Below are positions 9,568 through 17,606 of a stretch of 32,000 nucleotides of DNA, in pieces. The position numbers and the translations under genes were made by a program. The DNA is from Geobacter sulfurreducens PCA (GTDB lineage Bacteria; Desulfobacterota; Desulfuromonadia; Geobacterales; Geobacteraceae). The notes below the pieces were generated by a model, which was not told the origin of the DNA, did not search any database, and was given only the letters and a program-made list of their open reading frames with translations. How positions within the stretch are numbered: position 1 is the first letter of the stretch; every line of letters starts with the position of its first letter. The stretch lies in contig NC_002939.5 in assembly GCF_000007985.2 (NCBI RefSeq), positions 870,001-902,000 of the forward strand, written 5' to 3'.

Positions 9568-10326
9568 ATGGGGCAGCCGATCATCACCAGGGATGCTGGC
9601 CGTTATTTTCTGACCGACCGGATCAGGCACGAGGTGGACTGGTGGAACACTCCCCAGGCCCGGGGGGAGGAGCCGCCGCCGGTCCAGAAGCCCGTTGCGC
9701 CGGGGGCGATGGTGATCCCGCTGCCGCCTCCCGCGACTTGGGGGATTCCGCCCTGCAGCCTGGCGGATGGCATTGCCCGGCGCGAGAGTAGGCGCCGGTT
9801 CCGGGCGGTGCCCCTGACACCGGAAGAGCTGGCGTTTTTGCTCTGGGCCACCCAGGGTGTGCGCGCGCGGCTCAACGAGGCGGCGGTGCTCCGCACTGTC
9901 CCGTCTGCGGGGTGCCGCCATCCGTTCGAAACGTACCTGGCGATCCTCTCCGTCACGGGGATCGAGCCGGCCGTCTATCGCTATCTCCCCCTCGATCATG
10001 CCCTGGTTCTGGAGCGGGAGGTCCCCGATCTCGCCGCCACCGTAACCGCGGCCGCCCACGGTCAGCGCTTCGCCGGGGAGGCGGCCGTTACCTTTGTCTG
10101 GACGGCGATTCCCGCCCGCACCGAATGGCGCTATGCCGAGGCCTCCTACAAGGTGATCGCCCTGGATGCCGGCCACGTCTGCCAGAACCTCTACCTGGCC
10201 TGCGAGGCCATCGGCGCCGGCACCTGCGCCATTGCGGCCTACCGCCAGGCTCTGGCGGACGAACTGCTGGGGGTGGACGGCCGGGAGGAGTTCACCGTCT
10301 ATCTTGCGCCGGTGGGGAAGGTGTGA
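9568..10326 (+). CDS. SagB/ThcOx-type dehydrogenase (nitroreductase superfamily)
   Basis: In ORF 9538..10326 the ATG at 9568 has GAGGGGG 6 nt upstream. The sequence shows a nitroreductase/SagB-type pattern: RRESRRRF..LTPEELAFLLWATQGV, RTVPSAGCRHPFETYL, YKVIALDAGHVCQNLYLACEAIGAG. Confidence 0.85.
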   Translation: MGQPIITRDAGRYFLTDRIRHEVDWWNTPQARGEEPPPVQKPVAPGAMVIPLPPPATWGIPPCSLADGIARRESRRRFRAVPLTPEELAFLLWATQGVRARLNEAAVLRTVPSAGCRHPFETYLAILSVTGIEPAVYRYLPLDHALVLEREVPDLAATVTAAAHGQRFAGEAAVTFVWTAIPARTEWRYAEASYKVIALDAGHVCQNLYLACEAIGAGTCAIAAYRQALADELLGVDGREEFTVYLAPVGKV

Positions 10327-10370
10327 TTGAATCTCTCAACCGACGTGCCGCTGACATACGGGAGGGTACC

Positions 10371-11336
10371 ATGAGGATGATCATCGCGTTTCTGCTCGGC
10401 TGCCTCGGCATGTTCCTGACAACGGGGTGCGCCTTTGTCAGCGTGCCGCTCATGAGTGCGCCTCAGCCCCTGGCCGAACAGGTGCTGGAAGGGGAGGGGA
10501 CGAAAAAGATCCTGATCGTGGACATAAGCGGCGCCATCGGCGATCAGGCCAAGGGGGGCGGCCTGCTGAGCCGGGGAACCCCCTCCACGGTCTCCCTGGT
10601 GCGGGAGGTCCTCCTGAAGGCCGAGCGCGATCCCAAGGTGGCCGGGCTGATCCTGCGGATCAATTCGCCCGGGGGGACGGTGACGGCCAGCGACATCATC
10701 CGCCACGACCTGCTCGCCTTCAAGGAGCGCCGGAATCTGCCGGTGTCCGCCTGCATCATGGGGATCGGCGCCTCGGGTGGCTACTACGTGGCCACCGCCG
10801 CCGACGGGATAACCGCCCATCCCACGGCCCTGACCGGGAGCATCGGGGTGCTGCTCATGACCTTCAACGTGGAGGGATTGCTGGGGAAGGTGGGTGTGGA
10901 GGAGAAGACCATCAAGTCGGGCGGGAAAAAGGACCTCCTGTCGCCGTTCCGCCGCGCCACCCCGGAGGAGGAGCGGCTGGTTCAGGGGGTCATCGACCAG
11001 TTCCACGGGCGCTTCGTGGACGTGGTCCAGGCCCGGCCGGGGAACCGGCTTTCGCGCCACGACCTGCTCACGCTGGCCGACGGCCGCATCTTCTCCGCCG
11101 CCGACGCCCTTGCCGCGGGCCTCATCGACCGGATCGGCTACCTGGACGACGTCATCGCCTCCCTGCGTGACCGCATAGGAGATCCCGACGCCCGGGTTGT
11201 CACCTACTTCCGACCCGGCAGCTACCAGGGGAGCATCTATGCGGAGTCGGCAGCCGAGCCGTCCATGGCGGACCTGCTGGGCGGGTTCGACATGACTGGC
11301 GGCGGCCAGTTCATGTATCTCTGGCGCCCCTGGTGA
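10371..11336 (+). CDS. sppA: signal peptide peptidase SppA (36K type, S49 family), lipoprotein
   Basis: This is the in-frame internal start of ORF 9912..11336. ATG 10371 follows GGAGGG. A lipobox (FLTTGC) is present. S49 pattern: ILRINSPGGTVTASD, IGASGGYYVATAAD, GSIGV, and a C-terminal GLIDRIGYLDD. Confidence 0.9.
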   Translation: MRMIIAFLLGCLGMFLTTGCAFVSVPLMSAPQPLAEQVLEGEGTKKILIVDISGAIGDQAKGGGLLSRGTPSTVSLVREVLLKAERDPKVAGLILRINSPGGTVTASDIIRHDLLAFKERRNLPVSACIMGIGASGGYYVATAADGITAHPTALTGSIGVLLMTFNVEGLLGKVGVEEKTIKSGGKKDLLSPFRRATPEEERLVQGVIDQFHGRFVDVVQARPGNRLSRHDLLTLADGRIFSAADALAAGLIDRIGYLDDVIASLRDRIGDPDARVVTYFRPGSYQGSIYAESAAEPSMADLLGGFDMTGGGQFMYLWRPW

Positions 11337-11360
11337 TCGACAGCCCGCCAGTGGCCGGGC

Positions 11361-11969
11361 TCAGCGGCGCTCTTCGCCCTGTTCCCGTTCCTTTTCCAGT
11401 TCCTGCCGGAGACGCTCCAGCCCCTTGCTGAAGCTTTCGGCATCGCCGAACTCGAAAAAGCGGGGATAGCGGTCATGGGCCGCCTTGATCCTGCGGGCGT
11501 GTTTGATGGGGCACCAGTACTGCTCGGTGCGGGCTGAAATCTCCCGCGCGTAGGCGGCCAGCCCGTTGCCGTAGGAGCAGTAGAAGCAGTTGAACTTTTC
11601 GATGATGTTCAGGTAGGGGAGATCCTCCCGGTCGAAGATCAGGTAGTCGGCGCGCTTCACTTTCGGAATGCCGTAAACCGGGAAGCAGATGGCCTGGTAG
11701 ATGAAGAGAAAGAGATCCAGCGCCATGAACGGGATGAACCCGGCGTAGATGATCGGCGCGGTGAGGATGTTCAGGGGGCGCGCCTCGATCAGGTAGCGAA
11801 AGAGTCCCGTTTTCAGGCGACGCTGCTGCCGGGCCACCTCTTCGGCGAAGCGGATCCGCTTCTTTTCGATGACAAACTGGAATTCCTCCCGCTTCTGTTT
11901 GAACTCCGTTTCCAATTCCTCTTGCAGCTCTTTTATCCTGCGGATCAGTTCGTCGATCTGGTGGGTCAT
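11361..11969 (-). CDS. conserved hypothetical membrane protein (coiled-coil N-terminus, hydrophobic hairpin, Cys/His C-terminal region)
   Basis: In ORF 11361..12047 the ATG at 11969 (MTHQIDELI..) has GGGAGAG 5 nt upstream. The hydrophobic region is LNILTAPIIYAGFIPFMALDLFLFIYQAICFPVYG. It is followed by FNCFYCSYGNG..YWCPIKHA. Confidence 0.7.
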   Translation of the reverse strand: MTHQIDELIRRIKELQEELETEFKQKREEFQFVIEKKRIRFAEEVARQQRRLKTGLFRYLIEARPLNILTAPIIYAGFIPFMALDLFLFIYQAICFPVYGIPKVKRADYLIFDREDLPYLNIIEKFNCFYCSYGNGLAAYAREISARTEQYWCPIKHARRIKAAHDRYPRFFEFGDAESFSKGLERLRQELEKEREQGEERR

Positions 11970-12163
11970 CAAGCTCTCCCTGTTCTCCCCGTGTGATTCT
12001 GCACCCTGGCCCTGCTGACCATAGCCGTACTCTCGCCATAAGTCCACCGGTTAATCGGGCGGGAGCGGATGGCCCATCCCTGCGTGGCGCATGCCGGCAA
12101 GGCGGCGACAGGAGCCGTGGGGACGTGACGGCCGGAATGGCACATTCGGCTGGAGACGGGGTA

Positions 12164-14353
12164 TCAGTCGAGGGAGAAATAGAAGGTGGCTCCCCGGCCG
12201 GGGGCCGACTCGGCGCGGATGGTGCCGCCGTGGCGATGGATGATCCTGGCGACCGTGGCGAGCCCGATGCCGTTTCCTTCGAACTCGGATGCCGGATGGA
12301 AGCGCTGGAAGGGGGCGAACAGCCGCTGGGCCTCGCGTATGTCGAACCCGGCGCCGTTGTCCTTTACGTAGTACATGTTTTTTCCCGAACAGTATTCGCA
12401 GCCGAATTCCACCTCAGCCCGTTCGTTTCGCGAGGTATACTTCCAGGCGTTGCCCAGGAGATTTTCCAGCACGGTCATGAGGAGTTCGGGATCGGCATTG
12501 GCCGGCGGCACATCCTTTACGCTCCAGTCCACCTGCCGCGCCGGCTCTGCCGCGGCCAGCTCGATGCAGATCTCCCGGGCCAGGTGGGCCGGGCGAACCT
12601 CCTGGCGCCGCAGTTCATCGCTGCCAACGCGGCTCAGTTCCAGCAATCCGTCGATCATGGACTGCATCCTGCCGGCTGCCGCGGCCACACGTTCCATCAA
12701 CTCGCGGTGCGCAGGCTCCATGCAGCCACCCCAATCTTCCAGCACTATGTCGACGATCCCGGAGATATGGCGGGCCGGGGCCTTCAGGTCGTGGGAGACA
12801 GTGTAGCTGAATGCCTCCAACTCCCGGTTGGCGCTCTCCAGTGCGGCGGTACGATCCGCCACCCGCTGTTCCAGGTCGGAGTTCAACCGCAGGATTTCCT
12901 CTTCGGCACGCTTGCGCTCGGTGACATCCTCCACCACCATTATGAAGGAATCGTCGGTGCCACTCCTCCCCCGGACCGGCGAAAACGCGGTATTTGCCCA
13001 GACGGTCCGGCCCGTGCCATGGGTGAACCGGAGCTCACGCGTCAACGGCTCCCCTTCAGTGGCGGCCATGGTCGGCATGATCTCCCGGGTGGCGTTGCGG
13101 TCCTCCGGGTGCACCAGGGTAAGGCAGTCGAGCCCCGCCAGATCCTCGTCATGGCGACCGGTAATGTCGCAGAAGCGCCGGTTTGTCCTGAGCAGCAGCC
13201 CTTCGCGGTCGATGATGGCCATGCCCACCGCCGCCTGCTCGAAAGCCCCCCGGAAACGGTCCTCGCTCTCCCTGAGGCTCTCGGTTTGCCGGTCGATCTC
13301 CGCAAGCATAGTGTTGAAGGTTTCGGTGAGCCGGCTCAACTCGTCCTCGTTCGATACCGGCACCAGCCGTTCCTTGCCTTTTTTGCCGCTCAGTTCGTTG
13401 ATGTGCCGCTCCAGCGCCAGAATGGGGCGGGTCAGGTACTGCATGGAGAGCGAGACCACTACCAGAACACCGAGGATGGCGACCACGGTACTGATGATGA
13501 ACAGCCGGCGTACCACCTTCACGGGCTCGTAGGCCACTGTGAGCGGATAGCTCGCCGCCACGACCCAATCCTTGCTGCCGAGCTTCGCTACCGATGTCAG
13601 AAGGATGTCGCCGTATCGCCCCTTTGTTTCGCGGGTGCCCACGTAGCCCTCCCGGGCGGCGTCGGCCAGGCGCGCAACTTCAGGAACCGCCTTGATCAGG
13701 GTGTGCTCCCGTTCCGCATGGATCAGTACCATATGGTTGCGGTCAATGATGCGGATGAACCCCTTGTTGCCCACGGTGATCCGGCCGAACCGGCTCAGGG
13801 CGTTTTCCTCGCTCAGGTCAATTCCCCCCAGCAAGGCTCCCTTGAATGATCCGTTTTTCCCGAGGATGGGGCTGATAAAGACGATTTCCCTCAAGTTGGC
13901 GGTGCCGGTGCAGCAGGTGGTCAGCTCGGAGATGAGCGGCTTGCGGGTTGCCCTGGCTTTGTTGAAGAAGGCGTGACCGGAGAAGTTTTCCACCCGTCGG
14001 ACTTCCTGGTTGGTCACTTCTGCCAGGAGGTTGCCGGCGGCATCAACGACGAAGAGGTGATTGTTGAACAGCGTGCGCAGGCCGGTCCGGCTTTCCAGAA
14101 ACGCCTTGGCGCCCGAGGGGTCGGCCAGTGCTGCGGGCGGGACGACCCGGGCGCTTGCCGTCAGCAACTCCAGCATGGAGCGGAGGGTGCTGTCGATGTC
14201 CGTGGCCACGTGGACGACGGTGGCGGTCTGCTGGGCGGCGATGGAGTCGTGGAGGTGCCGCTCCAGGTAGCCCAGCGTGATCCTCGAGGTCACCACCATC
14301 AGGATGATTACGAGAATCGACACCAGAATAATGAGTTTTGTCCTGAGTTTCAT
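12164..14353 (-). CDS. sensor histidine kinase (TM - Cache-like periplasmic domain - TM - HAMP - PAS - HisKA - HATPase)
   Basis: 729-aa ORF. TM1 is LIILVSILVIILMVV, followed by a periplasmic stretch of about 250 aa and TM2 LFIISTVVAILGVLVVVSLSM. It also has a HAMP segment, a PAS segment (AVGMAIIDREGLLLRTNRRFCDITG), H-box SHDLKAPARHI, N-box LLGNAWKYT and G-boxes DNGAGFD and GNGIGLATV. Confidence 0.9.
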   Translation of the reverse strand: MKLRTKLIILVSILVIILMVVTSRITLGYLERHLHDSIAAQQTATVVHVATDIDSTLRSMLELLTASARVVPPAALADPSGAKAFLESRTGLRTLFNNHLFVVDAAGNLLAEVTNQEVRRVENFSGHAFFNKARATRKPLISELTTCCTGTANLREIVFISPILGKNGSFKGALLGGIDLSEENALSRFGRITVGNKGFIRIIDRNHMVLIHAEREHTLIKAVPEVARLADAAREGYVGTRETKGRYGDILLTSVAKLGSKDWVVAASYPLTVAYEPVKVVRRLFIISTVVAILGVLVVVSLSMQYLTRPILALERHINELSGKKGKERLVPVSNEDELSRLTETFNTMLAEIDRQTESLRESEDRFRGAFEQAAVGMAIIDREGLLLRTNRRFCDITGRHDEDLAGLDCLTLVHPEDRNATREIMPTMAATEGEPLTRELRFTHGTGRTVWANTAFSPVRGRSGTDDSFIMVVEDVTERKRAEEEILRLNSDLEQRVADRTAALESANRELEAFSYTVSHDLKAPARHISGIVDIVLEDWGGCMEPAHRELMERVAAAAGRMQSMIDGLLELSRVGSDELRRQEVRPAHLAREICIELAAAEPARQVDWSVKDVPPANADPELLMTVLENLLGNAWKYTSRNERAEVEFGCEYCSGKNMYYVKDNGAGFDIREAQRLFAPFQRFHPASEFEGNGIGLATVARIIHRHGGTIRAESAPGRGATFYFSLD

Positions 14354-14484
14354 GGTGGCGTGATTATCGGTGGGACCGCGCCGGTGACGGGCATGCGGCG
14401 TATCCTGTCTCTGCCCTGCTGGCCGGATTCCCGAAAATCCAATTCAAAATTCATGTCGGCTCGTTGCCGCATTGTGTGTGTACC

Positions 14485-14512
14485 ATTATAGTTAAGCGCC
14501 ATAACTTCACAA
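14485..14512 (-). promoter_or_regulatory. putative sigma-70 promoter for the Cache-PAS kinase gene (long leader)
   Basis: Minus strand reads TTGTGA (14512-14507), a 16-nt spacer, then a perfect TATAAT (14490-14485). This implies a 5' leader of about 125 nt before ATG 14353. Confidence 0.5.
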
Positions 14513-14668
14513 GAAATAATAATTTTACCTACCCGTTCGTCCGGTTGCAGAGGGTTTGCATCCAGTAGATCGAAGCGGAGAGAGCTTTCCAGTTGCCGAG
14601 GCCTCCCTTTCCCGATACCCTGTTCCCTAGAGATTTCCCTATCCGTCACTGAGCAAGGAGAACCGTTC

Positions 14669-14947
14669 ATGCCCACAGCAACTGCCCGTCACATCCTCGT
14701 TTCTTCGGAAGCCGAGTGCCTGCAGCTCAAGGCCGAGATCGAGGCCGGCGCCGAATTCGCCGATGTCGCCCGCCAGCATTCCCTCTGCCCCTCACGCGCC
14801 CAGGGAGGCGATCTCGGGACCTTTACCCAGGGACAGATGGTAAAGGAATTCGACGATATCGTCTTCTCCGGCGAGATCAACAAGGTGCTCGGTCCGGTCC
14901 GGACCCAGTTCGGGTACCATCTCATCGAAATCACCAAGCGCTGGTAA
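14669..14947 (+). CDS. ppiC: parvulin-type peptidyl-prolyl cis-trans isomerase (PpiC)
   Basis: 92-aa ORF with AAGGAG 8 nt upstream. Parvulin pattern: ARHILV, CPSRAQGGDLGTF..GQMVKEFD, GPVRTQFGYHLIEI. Confidence 0.9.
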   Translation: MPTATARHILVSSEAECLQLKAEIEAGAEFADVARQHSLCPSRAQGGDLGTFTQGQMVKEFDDIVFSGEINKVLGPVRTQFGYHLIEITKRW

Positions 14948-14980
14948 CCGAAACGACGCCCTGAAAGGACAGACACACCC

Positions 14981-15403
14981 ATGACCGAACTCGACAAAGC
15001 CCTGACCGTTCTGCGTCAGGACATGACCGATGCCAAGAGCCAGTCGGCCTTTTACGACCTGTTCCTCAACGCCACCTTCTATGTTCCGATTCTGGACGAA
15101 GCCGCGGAAGTGGAGGACAACGCCGCTCAGAAGGGTGAGGTGCTGCCGCTCGTCATCGAAGCGGAGGGCAATGACTACCTGATGCTGTTCGACACGAAGG
15201 AGCGCCTGCAGGAATGGACGCAGGCCGATGCCCGCTACGTGGAAGTGCCGGGGTACGTGCTGGCCGCCACCACCATGCCGCCGCTGCACTGGGCGCTGAA
15301 TGCCGGCACCGAGTACTCCAAGCAGTTTCTCCCCGATGAGATCGCATGGCTGAGGGATGTGGTCGAACGCTGCAACGCGGCGGCCGCGAAGCAGCAAGGG
15401 TAA
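14981..15403 (+). CDS. SseB-family protein
   Basis: 140-aa ORF. The N-terminal pattern FYDLFLNATFYVPI..PLVIEAEGNDYLMLFDTKERL is typical of the SseB N-terminal domain. This assignment is by recollection only. Confidence 0.7.
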   Translation: MTELDKALTVLRQDMTDAKSQSAFYDLFLNATFYVPILDEAAEVEDNAAQKGEVLPLVIEAEGNDYLMLFDTKERLQEWTQADARYVEVPGYVLAATTMPPLHWALNAGTEYSKQFLPDEIAWLRDVVERCNAAAAKQQG

Positions 15404-15515
15404 GCAGTTCCTCCCTGCCCCCCGGTGGGGCCGTTGCCGTGATGCTGTCGGAAAACCCGGTATTCCGCGTTTGAAGGAGGCCCGGCCTTGCGGGCCATCC
15501 GGAGAGGAGTCAGCC

Positions 15516-16424
15516 ATGACCGCACGCCGCATCTCCCGCGTTTTCAAAAGCCGGCCCACCGTCGAGGGGGCCGGCGTCCACATCAAGCGCGCCTTCGGCT
15601 ATTCGCAGGTGCCGCTGTTCGACCCGTTTCTCATGCTGGACGACTTTCACACCGCCAACCCTGCCGAGTACCTGCCGGGCTTTCCCTGGCACCCGCACCG
15701 GGGCATCGAAACCATCACCTATGTGCTCGAAGGACTGGTGGAGCACGGCGACAGCATGGGGAACAAGGGGGTCATCGGCGCGGGCGATGTGCAGTGGATG
15801 ACCGCCGGCAGCGGCATCATCCACCAGGAGATGCCCCAGCCGAGCCCCACCGGCATGATGTGGGGATTCCAGTTCTGGGCGAACCTGCCGGCGGACCGCA
15901 AGATGATGGACCCCCGCTACCGCGACGTGAAGGCCGCCGACATCCCGGAAGTCGTTCTGGATCGGGGCATCCGGGTCAAGATCGTCAGCGGCACGGTCAA
16001 CGGCGTTCAGGGCCCGGTGCGCGACATTATCATCGACCCGGAAATGCTCGACGTCAGCGTCCCGGCCGGTGAGGTTTTCACCCATCCGGTCAAGGAGGGG
16101 CATACGGCCGTGGCCTATGTCCTTGACGGCGAGGGGTATTTCGACGACCGCCGCGATCCCTTTGCTTTTGAAATGACAGGCTCGGGCTGGATGGATGTGA
16201 CGCGGCGCTGTGTCTGCGGCCCCGAAACGGTCATCCTCTACGAGCGCGACGGCGCTGCGGTGGCGGTGACTGCCGGCGACCGGCCGGTCCGCTTTCTCTT
16301 CATTTCCGGCAAACCCCTCAATGAGCCGGTGGCCTGGTACGGCCCCATTGTCATGAATACCAACGAGGAACTGCGGACCGCCTTTGAGGAGTACGAAAAG
16401 GGGAGGTTCATCAAGCACCGGTAG
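15516..16424 (+). CDS. pirin family protein
   Basis: This is the in-frame internal start of ORF 15357..16424, where ATG 15516 follows GGAGAGGAG. Pirin signature: GFPWHPHRGIETITYVLEG..HGDSMGN..GDVQWMTAGSGIIHQEMP. Confidence 0.92.
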   Translation: MTARRISRVFKSRPTVEGAGVHIKRAFGYSQVPLFDPFLMLDDFHTANPAEYLPGFPWHPHRGIETITYVLEGLVEHGDSMGNKGVIGAGDVQWMTAGSGIIHQEMPQPSPTGMMWGFQFWANLPADRKMMDPRYRDVKAADIPEVVLDRGIRVKIVSGTVNGVQGPVRDIIIDPEMLDVSVPAGEVFTHPVKEGHTAVAYVLDGEGYFDDRRDPFAFEMTGSGWMDVTRRCVCGPETVILYERDGAAVAVTAGDRPVRFLFISGKPLNEPVAWYGPIVMNTNEELRTAFEEYEKGRFIKHR

Positions 16425-16435
16425 GCGTAGCAGGG

Positions 16436-16464
16436 CCGGGATCGGAAGTGTCCTGGAATTTTTA
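16436..16464 (+). terminator. weak candidate intrinsic terminator after the pirin gene
   Basis: CCGGGA-tcggaagtg-TCCTGG (6-bp stem with one G-U pair) followed by AATTTTTA. Confidence 0.3.
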
Positions 16465-16486
16465 TGCGACTGTAACGTGTATCCCC

Positions 16487-16515
16487 TTGACGTGTAATGG
16501 TTTTAGGTCTATATA
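16487..16515 (+). promoter_or_regulatory. near-consensus sigma-70 promoter in an AT-rich island
   Basis: TTGACG (16487-16492), a 17-nt spacer, then TATATA (16510-16515). It lies about 55 nt upstream of the 64-aa gene. Confidence 0.6.
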
Positions 16516-16569
16516 GATGCTAAGCTGGTATGCAATGTTTATTTATTTTTTTCTGGGGGGTGATCAATT

Positions 16570-16764
16570 ATGCTGATCCGTGTCCAGTATCCTGACGGCC
16601 GTTATGACTACGTGAAGCACACGCGTCTCGACGACCTGATCGATTCCGTGAAGATTTCCCGGTTCCTCCGCTCCAGCGGCTGGGTCGTGATCGGTGAAGA
16701 CCCCGTTCGCCGCAGAGGCAACAGGGCTCCGTACGTCGGGCCCGAGCGACGACTAGCCGCCTGA
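16570..16764 (+). CDS. small (64 aa) hypothetical protein
   Basis: ORF MLIRVQYPDGRYDYVKHTRLDDLIDSVKISRFLRSSGWVVIGEDPVRRR..YVGPERR. A GGGGGGTGA RBS lies 7 nt upstream, and the strong promoter above precedes it. It resembles a small protein family I recall from Geobacter genomes, but I cannot verify this. Confidence 0.6.
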   Translation: MLIRVQYPDGRYDYVKHTRLDDLIDSVKISRFLRSSGWVVIGEDPVRRRGNRAPYVGPERRLAA

Positions 16765-17050
16765 CCGTCAACCCCGGTCGACCGATCCTTCCCCCGCACG
16801 TCTCCTTTCCGCCTCCCATGGGCGGCCCGGCGTCTCCTTTTGTCCGTTATTCTCTCTGCCATGCTGTTCAGGGGGCATGTCCGTTTCCCGTTGCCCCCCT
16901 GCCAGCCCTTGGGGGCATCGGTTTCGGGGGGGGACGCCGCCGCCGGCACGGCCGCTGAACTTCGTTACCTTATCGATTAGAAGTTGTTTGATTTTGCTGA
17001 TCTTTGGCTCGTTGCGGTAAAATTGCGATTGCTGGTCTGGAAATTGTCTA

Positions 17051-17080
17051 TTGACATGCTCAACAACGCACGACTATGAT
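17051..17080 (+). promoter_or_regulatory. sigma-70 promoter of the heavy-metal efflux operon
   Basis: Perfect TTGACA (17051-17056), an 18-nt spacer, then TATGAT (17075-17080). Confidence 0.6.
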
Positions 17081-17111
17081 GACTCAACTCATGAAAGCGT
17101 GGCCAGTGCGT

Positions 17112-17480
17112 ATGCGATCCAGCGTGCTCAAAAAAATGATAGCCGTCATGCTCCTCGTGGCTCTGGTCGCCATTGCCGGCAATGGTCGTTGCTTTGCCCT
17201 GGACGCGGGCAATTCCCTCCAGCCATCGTACGGGAAAGCCGGAGAGACCGTGCTCAAGTCCTGCTGCGGGGAGGAGACTCCCTGTTGCCCCACTGACAAT
17301 GATTCCGCTTCGGATCATTGCAGTACCTGTTTTTCCTGCCCCTGCAGCGCCCCCCTGAGCAGCCACGGAGCCCTGGTTTCCTATGCTCCCCTTATTGCCA
17401 GCATCTCTTTCCTCGAACATCGCAACGCACCACCCGACGTGTATCTCTCCATTTTCGTTCCACCCCAGATACTCGCCTAA
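17112..17480 (+). CDS. CzcI-like secreted Cys-rich protein (first gene of the efflux operon)
   Basis: ORF 17076..17480. The ATG at 17076 lies inside the -10 box, so the start is more likely 17091, 17112 or 17136. Sec-type signal peptide MRSSVLKKMIAVMLLVALVAIAGNGRCFA. Cys cluster SCCGEETPCCPTDNDSASDHCSTCFSCPCS. C-terminal APPDVYLSIFVPPQ. Confidence 0.7.
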   Translation: MRSSVLKKMIAVMLLVALVAIAGNGRCFALDAGNSLQPSYGKAGETVLKSCCGEETPCCPTDNDSASDHCSTCFSCPCSAPLSSHGALVSYAPLIASISFLEHRNAPPDVYLSIFVPPQILA

Positions 17481-17606
17481 CCTGCTGAAGTAGCGGCCGC
17501 CAGGCCGTTAGGGATTGGTGCGTCCAGCGCCCGGATTCCCATTCTTCAGCACTCCTTCGTTTTCCCCAACCAATCGGACATTGAATACCTGCAAGGAGGT
17601 ACTGTC

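Noticed and set aside
9481-10176. N-terminal 232 codons of the 351-aa minus-strand ORF 9121..10176
   Set aside because: This part is antisense to the SagB-type gene and is Arg/Gly/Pro-rich. A good RBS-ATG at 9480 starts a coherent 119-aa dockerin-like protein.
9912-10370. Upstream extension of the SppA ORF (474-aa reading)
   Set aside because: It overlaps the SagB-type gene out of frame and is Arg/Gly/Pro-rich. ATG 10371, with GGAGGG and a lipoprotein signal peptide, is the natural start. The same logic applies to 15357..15515 upstream of the pirin gene.
11970-12163. Weak sigma-54-like GG-N10-GC match (TGGCGAGAGTACGGCT, minus strand) upstream of the membrane protein gene
   Set aside because: Only the GG and GC dinucleotides match. 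The flanking consensus bases are absent.
11993-13849. 618-aa plus-strand ORF
   Set aside because: It is antisense to the Cache-HAMP-PAS histidine kinase, which has full H/N/G boxes. It has no recognisable motifs and biased composition.
16818-16979. 53-codon plus-strand ORF (MGGPASPFVRYSLCHAVQGACPF...)
   Set aside because: It has no Shine-Dalgarno sequence, odd composition, and lies in a repeat- and hairpin-rich stretch. I treat the region as non-coding or RNA.
17484-17550. Possible attenuator between the CzcI-like gene and the OMF gene (GCTGAAG ... CTTCAGC arms 53 nt apart, followed by cgtttt)
   Set aside because: The outer stem is only 7 bp around a poorly paired interior, and the T-run is short and interrupted. 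There is not enough to call a terminator or riboswitch.
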